Positions 1 to 8,496 are shown, numbered from the stretch's first letter. The stretch is DNA of 32,000 bases from Pallidibacillus thermolactis (GCF_025660415.1 NZ_JAOUSE010000003.1:84882-116881); one strand, 5' to 3'. A program made the numbers and translations. Notes: generated by a model not told the origin, from the letters alone.

Positions 1-195
1 CAAGTTATGCTAAAAACGAAATTTCTCTAGAACAGTTTTTATAAATTTTTTCTCACGTTCAACATTTTGTTGTATAATAGTTAAGTGATTTAAATTTTCA
101 ATTTCGGTGCTTCCGAATGAAAAATAGACTTGGGTTGTCCAATGTTGGAGGATCAGCCCCATCCAAATTAAAATCTTTTCGAAAGGCGTGTTTCT

Positions 196-921
196 ATGGG
201 TCGTAAATGGAATAACATCAAGTATAAAAAAGCAGAAAAAGATAAAAATACAAGCCGCATTTATGCAAAGTTCGGCGTTGAAATTTATGTAGCTGCAAAA
301 AAAGGTGACCCTGATCCAGAGACAAACCAAGCGTTAAAATTTGTAATTGAACGGGCAAAAACATATAATGTGCCTAAACATGTTATCGAACGGGCAATTG
401 ATAAAGCAAAAGGCGGTGCCGATGAACAATATGACGAACTTCGTTACGAAGGTTTTGGTCCAAATGGTTCTATGGTGATCGTTGATGCATTAACAAACAA
501 TGTTAACCGTACTGCTTCTGATGTTCGTGCTGCTTTTGGTAAAAACGGTGGAAATCTTGGTGTCAGTGGTTCAGTTTCATACATGTTTGATTCAACTGCC
601 GTGTTTGCCTTCGATGGTAAAACACCAGATGAAGTTCTTGAAATTTTAATGGAAGCAGACATTGATGTGCGCGATATCTTTGAAGAAGACGGTTCCGTCG
701 TTGTTTATGCCGAACCAGATCAATTCCATGCGGTACAAGAAGCTTTAAAAGCAGCTGGTATTGAAGAGTTTAATGTGGCGGAATTAACGATGCTTCCACA
801 ATCAGAGGTAAAATTAGACGCAGAGGCACAAGAACAATTTGAAAAGCTAATCGATGTATTAGAAGACCTTGATGATGTACAACGTGTTTATCATAATGTT
901 GATTTAGACAGCGAAGCATAA
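196..921 (+). CDS. YebC/PmpR (TACO1) family DNA-binding transcriptional regulator, 241 aa
   Basis: ATG at 196 with GAAAGG about 11 nt upstream. The N-terminus [15 protein letters not shown] and the overall length and composition are typical of the YebC family. A hairpin terminator follows. Confidence 0.9.
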   Translation: MGRKWNNIKYKKAEKDKNTSRIYAKFGVEIYVAAKKGDPDPETNQALKFVIERAKTYNVPKHVIERAIDKAKGGADEQYDELRYEGFGPNGSMVIVDALTNNVNRTASDVRAAFGKNGGNLGVSGSVSYMFDSTAVFAFDGKTPDEVLEILMEADIDVRDIFEEDGSVVVYAEPDQFHAVQEALKAAGIEEFNVAELTMLPQSEVKLDAEAQEQFEKLIDVLEDLDDVQRVYHNVDLDSEA

Positions 922-944
922 TCTTATTCTATTAAAAAGGGAAA

Positions 945-982
945 GGGCTGAACACAAATGATGGTGTCAGCCCTGTATTTTT
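945..982. terminator. Bidirectional rho-independent terminator between the convergent yebC-like and HAD genes
   Basis: Stem GGGCTGA (945-951) / TCAGCCC (967-973), with T-rich tracts on both strands. Confidence 0.6.
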
Positions 983-996
983 CATTACTTTTTTGT

Positions 997-1581
997 TTAT
1001 TTTTGCGAAAGATATAACTTTCCATCTTTACCAAAATAAAAATCCTGCCAGCTTTCAAAACGGGGTAAGAGAATTGACCGATTATACGGTTGGTCTTTAA
1101 TAAAAACACGTACAGATTCGTTCAACAACGTTTTTAATACATAGGGACTATCATCAAAATAATAGTCTAACTGCAACTCTTGAATAAAATTAATTTTTTC
1201 TTCATCCTTCATTCCCCAAAAGAAATGATCCTCTTTTAATGGAAACCCTTTTTCTTTTAACCATTGTTTTGTCCGGTCTCCATGACGTTTGGACCGAGCT
1301 GTAATATAAAAAATGTCGTGACCTTTATTTACGAGAGTTTGTAAAAATTCCAATGCCCCTGGGAAAGGTTGAATATCGGAAAAGTAGATCTCATCTTCCA
1401 TATTCTGCCACATTTTACTACCTTCAATATCATCCATTCCAAAAGGTTCATGAATTTCCAACCGTTGAATTTGATAAAATTCTTCAATTGGTACTTTTGT
1501 ATTCAACTTTTGATTGTAAATATGAAATGCCTGTTCCCGTACATTAATTAACGTATCATCAATATCAAAGCCAAACCTCAT
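997..1581 (-). CDS. HAD-superfamily phosphatase, 5'(3')-nucleotidase-like, 194 aa
   Basis: N-terminal FDIDDTL (the DxDxT nucleophile motif of HAD hydrolases); the ITARS and YFDDS segments fit HAD motifs II-IV. Same strand as ribD, 132 bp downstream of it. Confidence 0.7.
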   Translation of the reverse strand: MRFGFDIDDTLINVREQAFHIYNQKLNTKVPIEEFYQIQRLEIHEPFGMDDIEGSKMWQNMEDEIYFSDIQPFPGALEFLQTLVNKGHDIFYITARSKRHGDRTKQWLKEKGFPLKEDHFFWGMKDEEKINFIQELQLDYYFDDSPYVLKTLLNESVRVFIKDQPYNRSILLPRFESWQDFYFGKDGKLYLSQK

Positions 1582-1713
1582 TGAATTCCCTCATTTATCT
1601 TATGTTTAAGTTCATTATAGTATGTTTATATGTGTAATTGAAATTTTTATTACTTATCGCGATTGCAAAACATATTTGCCTACTGAATATTTTTAGAACG
1701 AACACTAATTGTG

Positions 1714-2805
1714 CTACTTAAATATTGGATAACCGGTAAACTTCCAATCGACACCGATTTGTTCAAAGGTACAATCAACGAGTTCAATCGCCTCACTCAT
1801 TACTGCAAGCCCATTGCCTTCTAAAAACGTTGGGGCGTCCTTTCCGCCAATTAATTTTGGTGCGATATATAAAACGATTTTGTCAATGAGTTTTTTTTCA
1901 AAAAAGGACCCATTTACAGTGCCACCTGCTTCAATAAATACTGATGTTATACCTTGTTCTCCTAAAATGGTCAGTACTTCTTCAGGGTCGACAAAATCAG
2001 AATTGCTCGTATGGAACACTTTCACACCAGCTTCAACTAACTTTTCGACTTTTTTTCCATCAACCTCACGTCCTGTAAAAATCCATGTCGGCGCTTTTCT
2101 ATCTTTAACAACCTTAGCATCTAAAGGAATTCGTAAACGTGTATCCATGATCACCCGAATGGGATGACGTCCACCTGGAATTCGTGCTGTTAATTCGGAA
2201 TTATCCTTTATAATCGTATTTACACCGACTAAAATCGCTTCATTTTCACTGCGTAAGTGATGAACATCGGTCCTTGCGTCATTGGATGTTATCCACTGGC
2301 TATGACCCGTATGTGCAGCAATTTTACCATCTAATGTCGTCGCAGCCTTTAATGTCACAAAGGGCTTTTTTGTCACAATATACTTATTAAACACTTCATT
2401 CATTTTACGAGACTCTTTTTCGCGAACTCCGATAATTACCTCGATACCTGCTTCCTCTAAAATTTTCACACCACGGCCAGCGACAAGAGGATTTGGATCA
2501 AGAGTCGCAATAACTACCTTCGCTACGCCTGCTTCGACTAATGCCACAGCACATGGACCGGTTCTACCGTGATGGGAACAAGGTTCTAACGTGACATAAG
2601 CCGTTGCACCCTTGGCTTTTTCACCGGCCATTCGTAACGCATGAATCTCTGCATGAGGCTCACCAGCCTTCATATGTGCACCAATGCCAACTATTTCGCC
2701 ATCACGAACAAGGACAGAGCCTACTAACGGGTTTGGTGAAGTTTGTCCTTTCATAGCGGAAGCATTTTTTAACGCTAAATCCATATAAAACTCATGATTA
2801 GTCAT
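1714..2805 (-). CDS. ribD: Bifunctional riboflavin-pathway deaminase/reductase RibD, 363 aa from the internal ATG
   Basis: Deaminase zinc motifs HAEIHAL and TLEPCSHHGRTGPC, plus a C-terminal reductase domain. I place the start at MTNHEFYMDLA (ATG 2805), not the longest ORF (2850). This ATG overlaps the upstream stop by 8 nt (ATGACTAA), suggesting translational coupling. Confidence 0.9.
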   Translation of the reverse strand: MTNHEFYMDLALKNASAMKGQTSPNPLVGSVLVRDGEIVGIGAHMKAGEPHAEIHALRMAGEKAKGATAYVTLEPCSHHGRTGPCAVALVEAGVAKVVIATLDPNPLVAGRGVKILEEAGIEVIIGVREKESRKMNEVFNKYIVTKKPFVTLKAATTLDGKIAAHTGHSQWITSNDARTDVHHLRSENEAILVGVNTIIKDNSELTARIPGGRHPIRVIMDTRLRIPLDAKVVKDRKAPTWIFTGREVDGKKVEKLVEAGVKVFHTSNSDFVDPEEVLTILGEQGITSVFIEAGGTVNGSFFEKKLIDKIVLYIAPKLIGGKDAPTFLEGNGLAVMSEAIELVDCTFEQIGVDWKFTGYPIFK

Positions 2806-3553
2806 TATTACATTTCCCCTCATGATCACGTAAATGTCCAGCCCTGGCAACCTTTGTTTCTAAATACTTTTCATTATACTCCGAAATATCCCCCCAAAGT
2901 GGTACTCTCCCTTTAAGTGGCATACCAGCTTTCCGTAACGCTTCTAATTTACGCGGATTATTTGTAATTAATGTAACAGGATTTGTCCGTAATGCTTTTA
3001 ACACGCGAATTGCATCATCGTAATTACGGGCATCATCCTCAAAACCAAGTTGTAAGTTTGCCTCTACAGTGTCATAACCATTTTCTTGCAAAATATACGC
3101 CATTGCCTTACTAAATAAACCAATTCCTCGCCCTTCATGGTTCGCTAGATAAAAGATTGCCCCACTACCATGTTCAACGACCATTTTCATTGATTGTTTT
3201 AATTGGAAGCCGCAATCACATCGTTTACTACCAAAAATATCGCCTGTATGACAAATCGAATGCAAACGTATAAGCGCATCATCACTATATTCGAAGTCAC
3301 CGTAAACAAGGACACTCGATTGTTGTAGCTCGGCCAAATTAATAGACGACAATTTTTCAATAATTTTTTCTGTACCATCGACTTCCGTACATTTTAACCA
3401 ACAATACCATTTAAACGTAACCGTCTTTCCGTACAAATTTACCGGTAACTTAATGGGACCTACTAAATAGATCACCTTATCATCTGTTTGAATCATTTGT
3501 ATTTTATCTTCTATCAATGAAATTACTTTTTCATCCAATTTTGTAACTGTCAT
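2798..3553 (-). CDS. ribA: GTP cyclohydrolase II (RibA type, no DHBP-synthase domain), 251 aa with a long N-terminal region
   Basis: Motifs RLHSxCxTGD, RCDCGFQL (Zn cysteines), HEGRGIG, GYDTVEAN and LITNNPRK match GCH II. RBS GAGGGA lies upstream of ATG 3553. Confidence 0.85.
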   Translation of the reverse strand: MTVTKLDEKVISLIEDKIQMIQTDDKVIYLVGPIKLPVNLYGKTVTFKWYCWLKCTEVDGTEKIIEKLSSINLAELQQSSVLVYGDFEYSDDALIRLHSICHTGDIFGSKRCDCGFQLKQSMKMVVEHGSGAIFYLANHEGRGIGLFSKAMAYILQENGYDTVEANLQLGFEDDARNYDDAIRVLKALRTNPVTLITNNPRKLEALRKAGMPLKGRVPLWGDISEYNEKYLETKVARAGHLRDHEGKCNND

Positions 3554-3837
3554 CGTAATCCCTCATTTATACCAATTAAGTATTTTATACAAAAGGCACT
3601 AGAACCTTCATCTAAAAATTAAACTATTCAAAAATTCATTATAAATATTTATTTTGAAATTGTCTTGTGAAAAGTCTCCCATATTCATATGTTCTTACTT
3701 TTCGAATACCTCATTTATATTTTGCACAATGACCAATTCCTTACTTGCTACATAAACTTCCAAATTTTCCTTCATATTAGCGTGCACATAGACAAGAATA
3801 TCTAGGAGTCAGCAAGGTTCTAAAAGTAGATCTTTTC

Positions 3838-4350
3838 GCTAAATCTGAGAAAAAGTACGTTCAACATGACGATGAAAACAGTTTTTACCACGATCCTTTG
3901 ATAAAAGTGCGTTCACTATGCCTTTGAAAGCAGTTTTTGCCACAATCTTTTAAAAAAAGGCGTTCACTATGACGATGAAAGCAGTTTTTACCCCAATCCT
4001 TTGATAAAAGTGCGTTCACTAAGCCTTTGAAAACAGTTTTTGCGCCAATCCTTTGAAAAAAGTGTGTTCACTATGACGATGAAAACAGTTTTTACCACAA
4101 TCCTTTGATAAAAGTGCGTTCAATATGCCGATGAAAACAGTTTTTACTACAATCCTTTAAAAAAAGTGCGTTCACTATGCCTTTGAAAACAGTTTTTACC
4201 GCAATCCTTTGATAAAAGTGCGTTCACTATGCCGATGAAAACAGTTTTTACCACAATCCTTTGAAAAAAGTGCGTTCACTATGCCTTTGAAAACAGTTTT
4301 TGCGCCAATCCTTTGAAAAAAGTGCGTTCACTACACCTTTGAAAACAGTG
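3838..4350. repeat. Non-coding tandem array, about 10 copies of a ~52-bp unit (consensus AAAAGTGCGTTCACTATGCCTTTGAAAACAGTTTTTACCRCAATCCTTTGAW)
   Basis: CGTTCA anchors at 3858, 3910, 3961, 4013, 4065, 4117, 4170, 4221, 4273 and 4325 (spacing 51-53 bp). There is no unique spacer between copies. No ORF of 60 aa or more on either strand between 3554 and 4508. Confidence 0.95.
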
Positions 4351-4454
4351 TATATTCATCAGCCCCAAGTTTATCTAGGTACAGGCTGCCAAAAACAGCT
4401 TTACTTACCAATATTGTATTGTTTCTCACGAAAAAGGGAATCATAAATTTCAAT

Positions 4455-4501
4455 TAAAAAAGAGGACTACGCATTAGCATAAAAGCTAATCAATAGTCCC
4501 C
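4455..4501 (-). terminator. Rho-independent terminator of the M23 peptidase gene
   Basis: On the minus strand, GGGGACTA ... TAGTCCTC outer stem with an inner ATTAGC/GCTAAT stem, followed by TTTTTT. Confidence 0.7.
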
Positions 4502-4508
4502 TTCATGA

Positions 4509-5861
4509 TTAAAACGAGATATATTTTCGCGGATCAACAGCATTTGATTTCGAACCATTCCATAATCCCTCATGCATTTCAAAATGGAGATGGACACCTG
4601 TTGAAGCACCTGTTGTCCCTTTTCCACCAATATATTGACCTTTTGATACAACTTGTCCTTCGCTAACTGCTCTTGAACTTAAGTGCGCATATACTGTTTC
4701 ATATTGTTTACCATCAATATAGTGAATTATATATACTACATTACCATATGAACTTGAGAAGTACGAGCGATGCACCACACCATCAGCAACAGAATAAACA
4801 GCATCACCTGTTGCCCCACCAATATCGATTCCGGCATGTAATTTTTTCGTGCCGTGGATTGGATGAACACGATATCCAAATTCGGACGTTACAGGCCCAG
4901 ACGTTGGTCGAACAAAGTTACCATTTGAAGCAGGGGCTTTATAAGTTGGTTTTGATGTATTTGAAGTATTCGATGTGCTTGATGATTCTTGTGAAGCTTT
5001 GGCTGCTTCCCTTGCTTTACGAGCCTCTTCTGCTTTTCGTTTTGCTTCTTCTGCTTTCCTTTTCTCTTCTGCTTTCCTTCTCTCTTCTTCTTTCCTTTTT
5101 GCTTCTTCAATCGCTTTTTGCAATGTTGCTTCTTGAGATGCATACAATTGTTGTTCTTCTTCTAGGCTCATCACTAATTCTTCGTGTTCATGAACTTCTT
5201 CTTCTAATTGGGCATAAAGTTTGTCTTTTTCATCTTTTTTCTTTTCTAATTCAGCTTTAGCATCTTCTAATTGTTTTTTTAATTGTAAAACATTTTCCCG
5301 CTCAGTTTCTACCCTTTTTTTGTTTTCAGCTAAAAGACGATGGTCAGCTTTATGTTCTTCAATTATATTTTTATCAGCATCCATTATCGTTGATACAGCA
5401 GTAACTCGACCGATCAAATCAGTAAAGCTTTGTGAACCTAACAAAACATCAAGATATGAGACATTACCACCACTATGTTGGATAGCACGAATTCGATCTT
5501 TTAGTAGCTCATCACGTTTTGCAATTCGTTCTTCGGTTTCTTTAATATCATTTTGTAGTTGAACAATCTCGGCATTTTTTTCTTGAATTTGCTGATCTGT
5601 TTCTCTAATTTTTTGTGCCGTTTCATTGATCTCTACATCCATTTGTTTAATTTCAGCTTTTAACGCTTCCTGTTGATTTTCTAATTTATTAATTTTTTGT
5701 TTTACTTGTTCTTTTTCATTATTAATTTGTGACTTTTTTTGTTGGGCTTCTTGCTTTTGTTTTTCTAATTCACTAATTGATTCCGCGTAAACTGAACTAC
5801 TTAGTAACGTGCTAAGTAACAAAACAAAAGTCCCGATAAGGGAAAAATATTTGCGTTTCAA
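4509..5861 (-). CDS. Secreted coiled-coil M23 (LytM-type) peptidoglycan metalloendopeptidase, 450 aa
   Basis: TTG start with GGAGG 7 nt upstream; signal peptide ending VYA-E; about 280 aa of heptad-like E/K/Q-rich coiled coil. The C-terminal M23 domain has HAGIDIG (HxxxD) and HLHFE (HxH). Lies immediately downstream of ftsEX. Confidence 0.85.
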   Translation of the reverse strand: MKRKYFSLIGTFVLLLSTLLSSSVYAESISELEKQKQEAQQKKSQINNEKEQVKQKINKLENQQEALKAEIKQMDVEINETAQKIRETDQQIQEKNAEIVQLQNDIKETEERIAKRDELLKDRIRAIQHSGGNVSYLDVLLGSQSFTDLIGRVTAVSTIMDADKNIIEEHKADHRLLAENKKRVETERENVLQLKKQLEDAKAELEKKKDEKDKLYAQLEEEVHEHEELVMSLEEEQQLYASQEATLQKAIEEAKRKEEERRKAEEKRKAEEAKRKAEEARKAREAAKASQESSSTSNTSNTSKPTYKAPASNGNFVRPTSGPVTSEFGYRVHPIHGTKKLHAGIDIGGATGDAVYSVADGVVHRSYFSSSYGNVVYIIHYIDGKQYETVYAHLSSRAVSEGQVVSKGQYIGGKGTTGASTGVHLHFEMHEGLWNGSKSNAVDPRKYISF

Positions 5862-6003
5862 TGATTTGCCTCCTCTTCCCTTATTAGTAATAGATTCGTA
5901 GATTGATTATGTATATTTAAAGATGAAGTCAAGGGACACCAGAAAGATGTCCCCAATAAATGAATCTTAGTTGGATTGATTAAGCACTTTCGATTATCAC
6001 CTT

Positions 6004-6897
6004 TTAAACTTTTAAGAACTTTCGAATGGACATTAAACTTCCTGCCACACCGATAACACAACCCATTAATAGTAATAGGCCACTTAATTGATAAACAAAA
6101 GGTGAAAAGTCTAATAATTGGATAAACGTGCTTCCAAGATGTGGCTCGAGATAGCTTTGAACGTTCTTGTAAATAATAGCAATGATACTAATAGGAATAA
6201 TCGAACCAAATGCTCCTAGCCAAAGACCTTCAAGGAAGAATGGCCAACGGATAAATCCGTTCGTTGCTCCTACTAATCTCATAATTTCAATTTCTTGTCT
6301 TCGAGCGTTAATTGTAAGTTTAATTGTATTGGAGATTAAGAAGATCGCTGTAAACAATAACCCAATAATCAATACAAGCCCTACATTTCTTGCAATACTA
6401 ATAATTTGAAACAATTTTTCTGTTTGCGCTTGTCCATAATTCACATCATATACAAATTCAAGTTTTTGAATTGCTTTTGCAACATCGCCAGTAGATTCTG
6501 GATTTCTTGCTTTAACGATAAACGCATCATTTAATGGGTTATCCTGTTCATAAAGTTTTAAAACTTCTCCATCTTCACCAAAACTTTCAATCAATTCATT
6601 TAGCTCATTTTCTTTCGAAGAGTAGATAACCGATTCTACACCTTTTAGCTCATTGATTTGTTGTTCCAATGCTTTTTTCTGATTTTCATCAGCAGTCGTT
6701 TCAACCAATACCTTAATTGAAACATCTTTTTCAATTGAAGTAGCGACAGAGTTTAAATTCATAATAATGGCGAAAAACACACCAACCAATAACAATGTCA
6801 CCGTTACCGCACCAATAGATGCAGCTGTCATCCAGCCGTTCCGAAAAATACTTTTAAAACTTTCTCTCGCATGTCGTCCGATAGTTTTAATTTTCAT
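6004..6897 (-). CDS. ftsX: Cell-division ABC transporter permease FtsX, 297 aa
   Basis: N-terminus MKIKTIGRHARESFKSIFRNGWM, an extracellular domain, then three C-terminal TM helices. ATG 6897 overlaps the ftsE stop by 11 nt. The longest ORF (6942) runs into ftsE and is rejected. Confidence 0.9.
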   Translation of the reverse strand: MKIKTIGRHARESFKSIFRNGWMTAASIGAVTVTLLLVGVFFAIIMNLNSVATSIEKDVSIKVLVETTADENQKKALEQQINELKGVESVIYSSKENELNELIESFGEDGEVLKLYEQDNPLNDAFIVKARNPESTGDVAKAIQKLEFVYDVNYGQAQTEKLFQIISIARNVGLVLIIGLLFTAIFLISNTIKLTINARRQEIEIMRLVGATNGFIRWPFFLEGLWLGAFGSIIPISIIAIIYKNVQSYLEPHLGSTFIQLLDFSPFVYQLSGLLLLMGCVIGVAGSLMSIRKFLKV

Positions 6898-7573
6898 AGC
6901 CGTATTCACCTCGTTGTTCATCTCGGACAATCGTACCTGCATCTATGGCGATAACCCGGTGTTTAATTTCATTAACAATTTGTTTATTATGTGTAGCCAT
7001 GATAATCGTTGTCCCTCGGGCATTTATTTCTTCAAACACACGCATAATTTCCCAAGAATTTTCCGGATCAAGGTTACCTGTCGGTTCGTCAGCTATTACA
7101 AGACTTGGTGAATTCACAATGGCCCGTGCAATTGACACACGTTGTTGCTCACCACCAGATAATTCTGTAGGAAACATACGAGCTTTATGTTTTAAATTTA
7201 CAAGTTCTAACACACTCATTACACGTTTCTTAATCACTCTAGGTGATTCTTCAATAACTTCTAGTGCAAAAGCTACATTCTCATAAACAGTAAGTTTCGG
7301 TAACAATTTAAAATCCTGAAAGACAACACCTATACTTCTACGAAAAATCGGGACTTTACTATTTTTCAATTTCGTTATATCAATTCCGTTGACGAAGATT
7401 TTTCCCTTCGTTGGTTTTTCTTCACGATACATCATTTTAATAAATGTCGATTTACCAGCACCACTTTGCCCAACGACATATACAAATTCACCTTGTTCTA
7501 TTTCAACATCTATCCCATTAACGGCGACTACTCCGTTCGGATACTTTTTATATACATTTTCCATTACAATCAT
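6887..7573 (-). CDS. ftsE: Cell-division ABC transporter ATPase FtsE, 228 aa
   Basis: Walker A GQSGAGKST, ABC signature LSGGEQQR, Walker B LVIADEPT. RBS AAAGGTGAT lies upstream of ATG 7573. Confidence 0.92.
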   Translation of the reverse strand: MIVMENVYKKYPNGVVAVNGIDVEIEQGEFVYVVGQSGAGKSTFIKMMYREEKPTKGKIFVNGIDITKLKNSKVPIFRRSIGVVFQDFKLLPKLTVYENVAFALEVIEESPRVIKKRVMSVLELVNLKHKARMFPTELSGGEQQRVSIARAIVNSPSLVIADEPTGNLDPENSWEIMRVFEEINARGTTIIMATHNKQIVNEIKHRVIAIDAGTIVRDEQRGEYGYEN

Positions 7574-8064
7574 TTGTAATCACCTTTACCATTTTCAAGT
7601 ATTCTTTTTTACACAAATCCAAAATTATTACTATGCCGTTCTACCCAATTCTACATATTACACATTATAACATCATTTTTTGACATAAAAAGCTAAAATT
7701 AAATTACAAATATATTTCAAGTCCTAGAATAAATTGGCGCATTATCTACTATCTTGTAAAATTACTAGAGCTTATGTTGAATTATGTTTTCCTCTATCCA
7801 TTATACATACATTATAGAAAATAGTAACCGTTAATTTTCCCCAAATAAAACAGCTATAATCCACCTATAGTTTTGTATCGGCATGTTAAAATGGATGTTT
7901 AGGAATCGAATTGGATTTTTCCAACTTTTTACTTAATATAACAGAAAAAACAAGGACTTTTTATTCAGATAAGTAGTGCCACGTTCGATATGTGAATCTC
8001 GTCACAACCACCATTATCCATATAGAAATCAAAATTCTATCTTTTCACAAAAATAAATGAAATT

Positions 8065-8095
8065 TTAAAAAAACCAAACCACTTATGTGATTTGG
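8065..8095 (-). terminator. Rho-independent terminator of cccB
   Basis: Minus strand CCAAATCAC-ataa-GTGGTTTGG followed by TTTTTTT. Confidence 0.7.
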
Positions 8096-8108
8096 CCCAA
8101 AAATAAAT

Positions 8109-8426
8109 TTATTTATGAGTCGCTAACCAATCCGCGACTTTTTTAGCATCTTTCCCCTTCAAAAATCCCTTTGGCATGGATCCCTTTCCATTTAAGATGA
8201 TTTCTTCAATTTCTTCACTACTATACTTGCTCCCAATTTTGTCTAAATCAGGTGCGTATCCTTCCCGTAAATCCATACCATGACAACTCGCACAAGATTG
8301 ACCATAAAGTTGTTCAGCAGACAATTCTGAATCATGGACATCACTATTGTTATTTCCTCCACCACATGCACCCAAAGTCAATACAAGCAATGCGCCAATA
8401 AAGACAAGCAGAAACGTTTTCTTCAT
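8109..8426 (-). CDS. cccB: Membrane-anchored lipoprotein cytochrome c-551, 105 aa
   Basis: Lipobox LTLGAC after a signal peptide, single haem motif CASCHG, distal Met in GSMPKG. Same position next to ftsE as B. subtilis cccB. Confidence 0.85.
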   Translation of the reverse strand: MKKTFLLVFIGALLVLTLGACGGGNNNSDVHDSELSAEQLYGQSCASCHGMDLREGYAPDLDKIGSKYSSEEIEEIILNGKGSMPKGFLKGKDAKKVADWLATHK

Positions 8427-8496
8427 TTTTCTCCCCCTCGTTCTTTTGTAAATGTTGATTACTTATATGCATAGCAACTTGGTCAAAGACGTTTAT

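Noticed and set aside
10-330. 106-aa minus-strand ORF at the window start.
   Set aside because: It overlaps the well-supported yebC-like gene on the opposite strand, has a low-complexity Phe/Ile/Cys-rich translation, and has no RBS. It is a typical antisense shadow ORF.
3554-3850. Expected FMN (RFN) riboswitch upstream of the ribA-ribD pair.
   Set aside because: The gene-strand sequence is AT-rich, and I could not find the conserved GC-rich RFN core helices. This cannot be fully excluded without a covariance-model search.
3838-4350. Possible CRISPR array, given regularly spaced repeats in a non-coding gap.
   Set aside because: The whole ~52-bp period is repeated, so there are no unique spacers. 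The units are diverged head-to-tail copies, the period is too short for repeat plus spacer, and there are no cas genes in the window. It is a tandem minisatellite-like array.
4990-5120. DNA-level repeats (ctgctttcc / ttcttc runs) inside the M23 peptidase gene.
   Set aside because: They are in frame and encode the AEE(K/A)RKAEE low-complexity linker of the protein. This is a coding repeat, not an independent element. The overlapping 84-aa and 195-aa ORFs are shadow frames.
7574-8108. 535-bp ORF-free spacer upstream of ftsE, as a possible hidden RNA gene or mobile-element scar.
   Set aside because: Apart from the cccB terminator at its far end, I found no inverted or direct repeats, no tRNA-like or riboswitch-like structure, and no coding potential. 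It looks like ordinary AT-rich promoter and spacer DNA.
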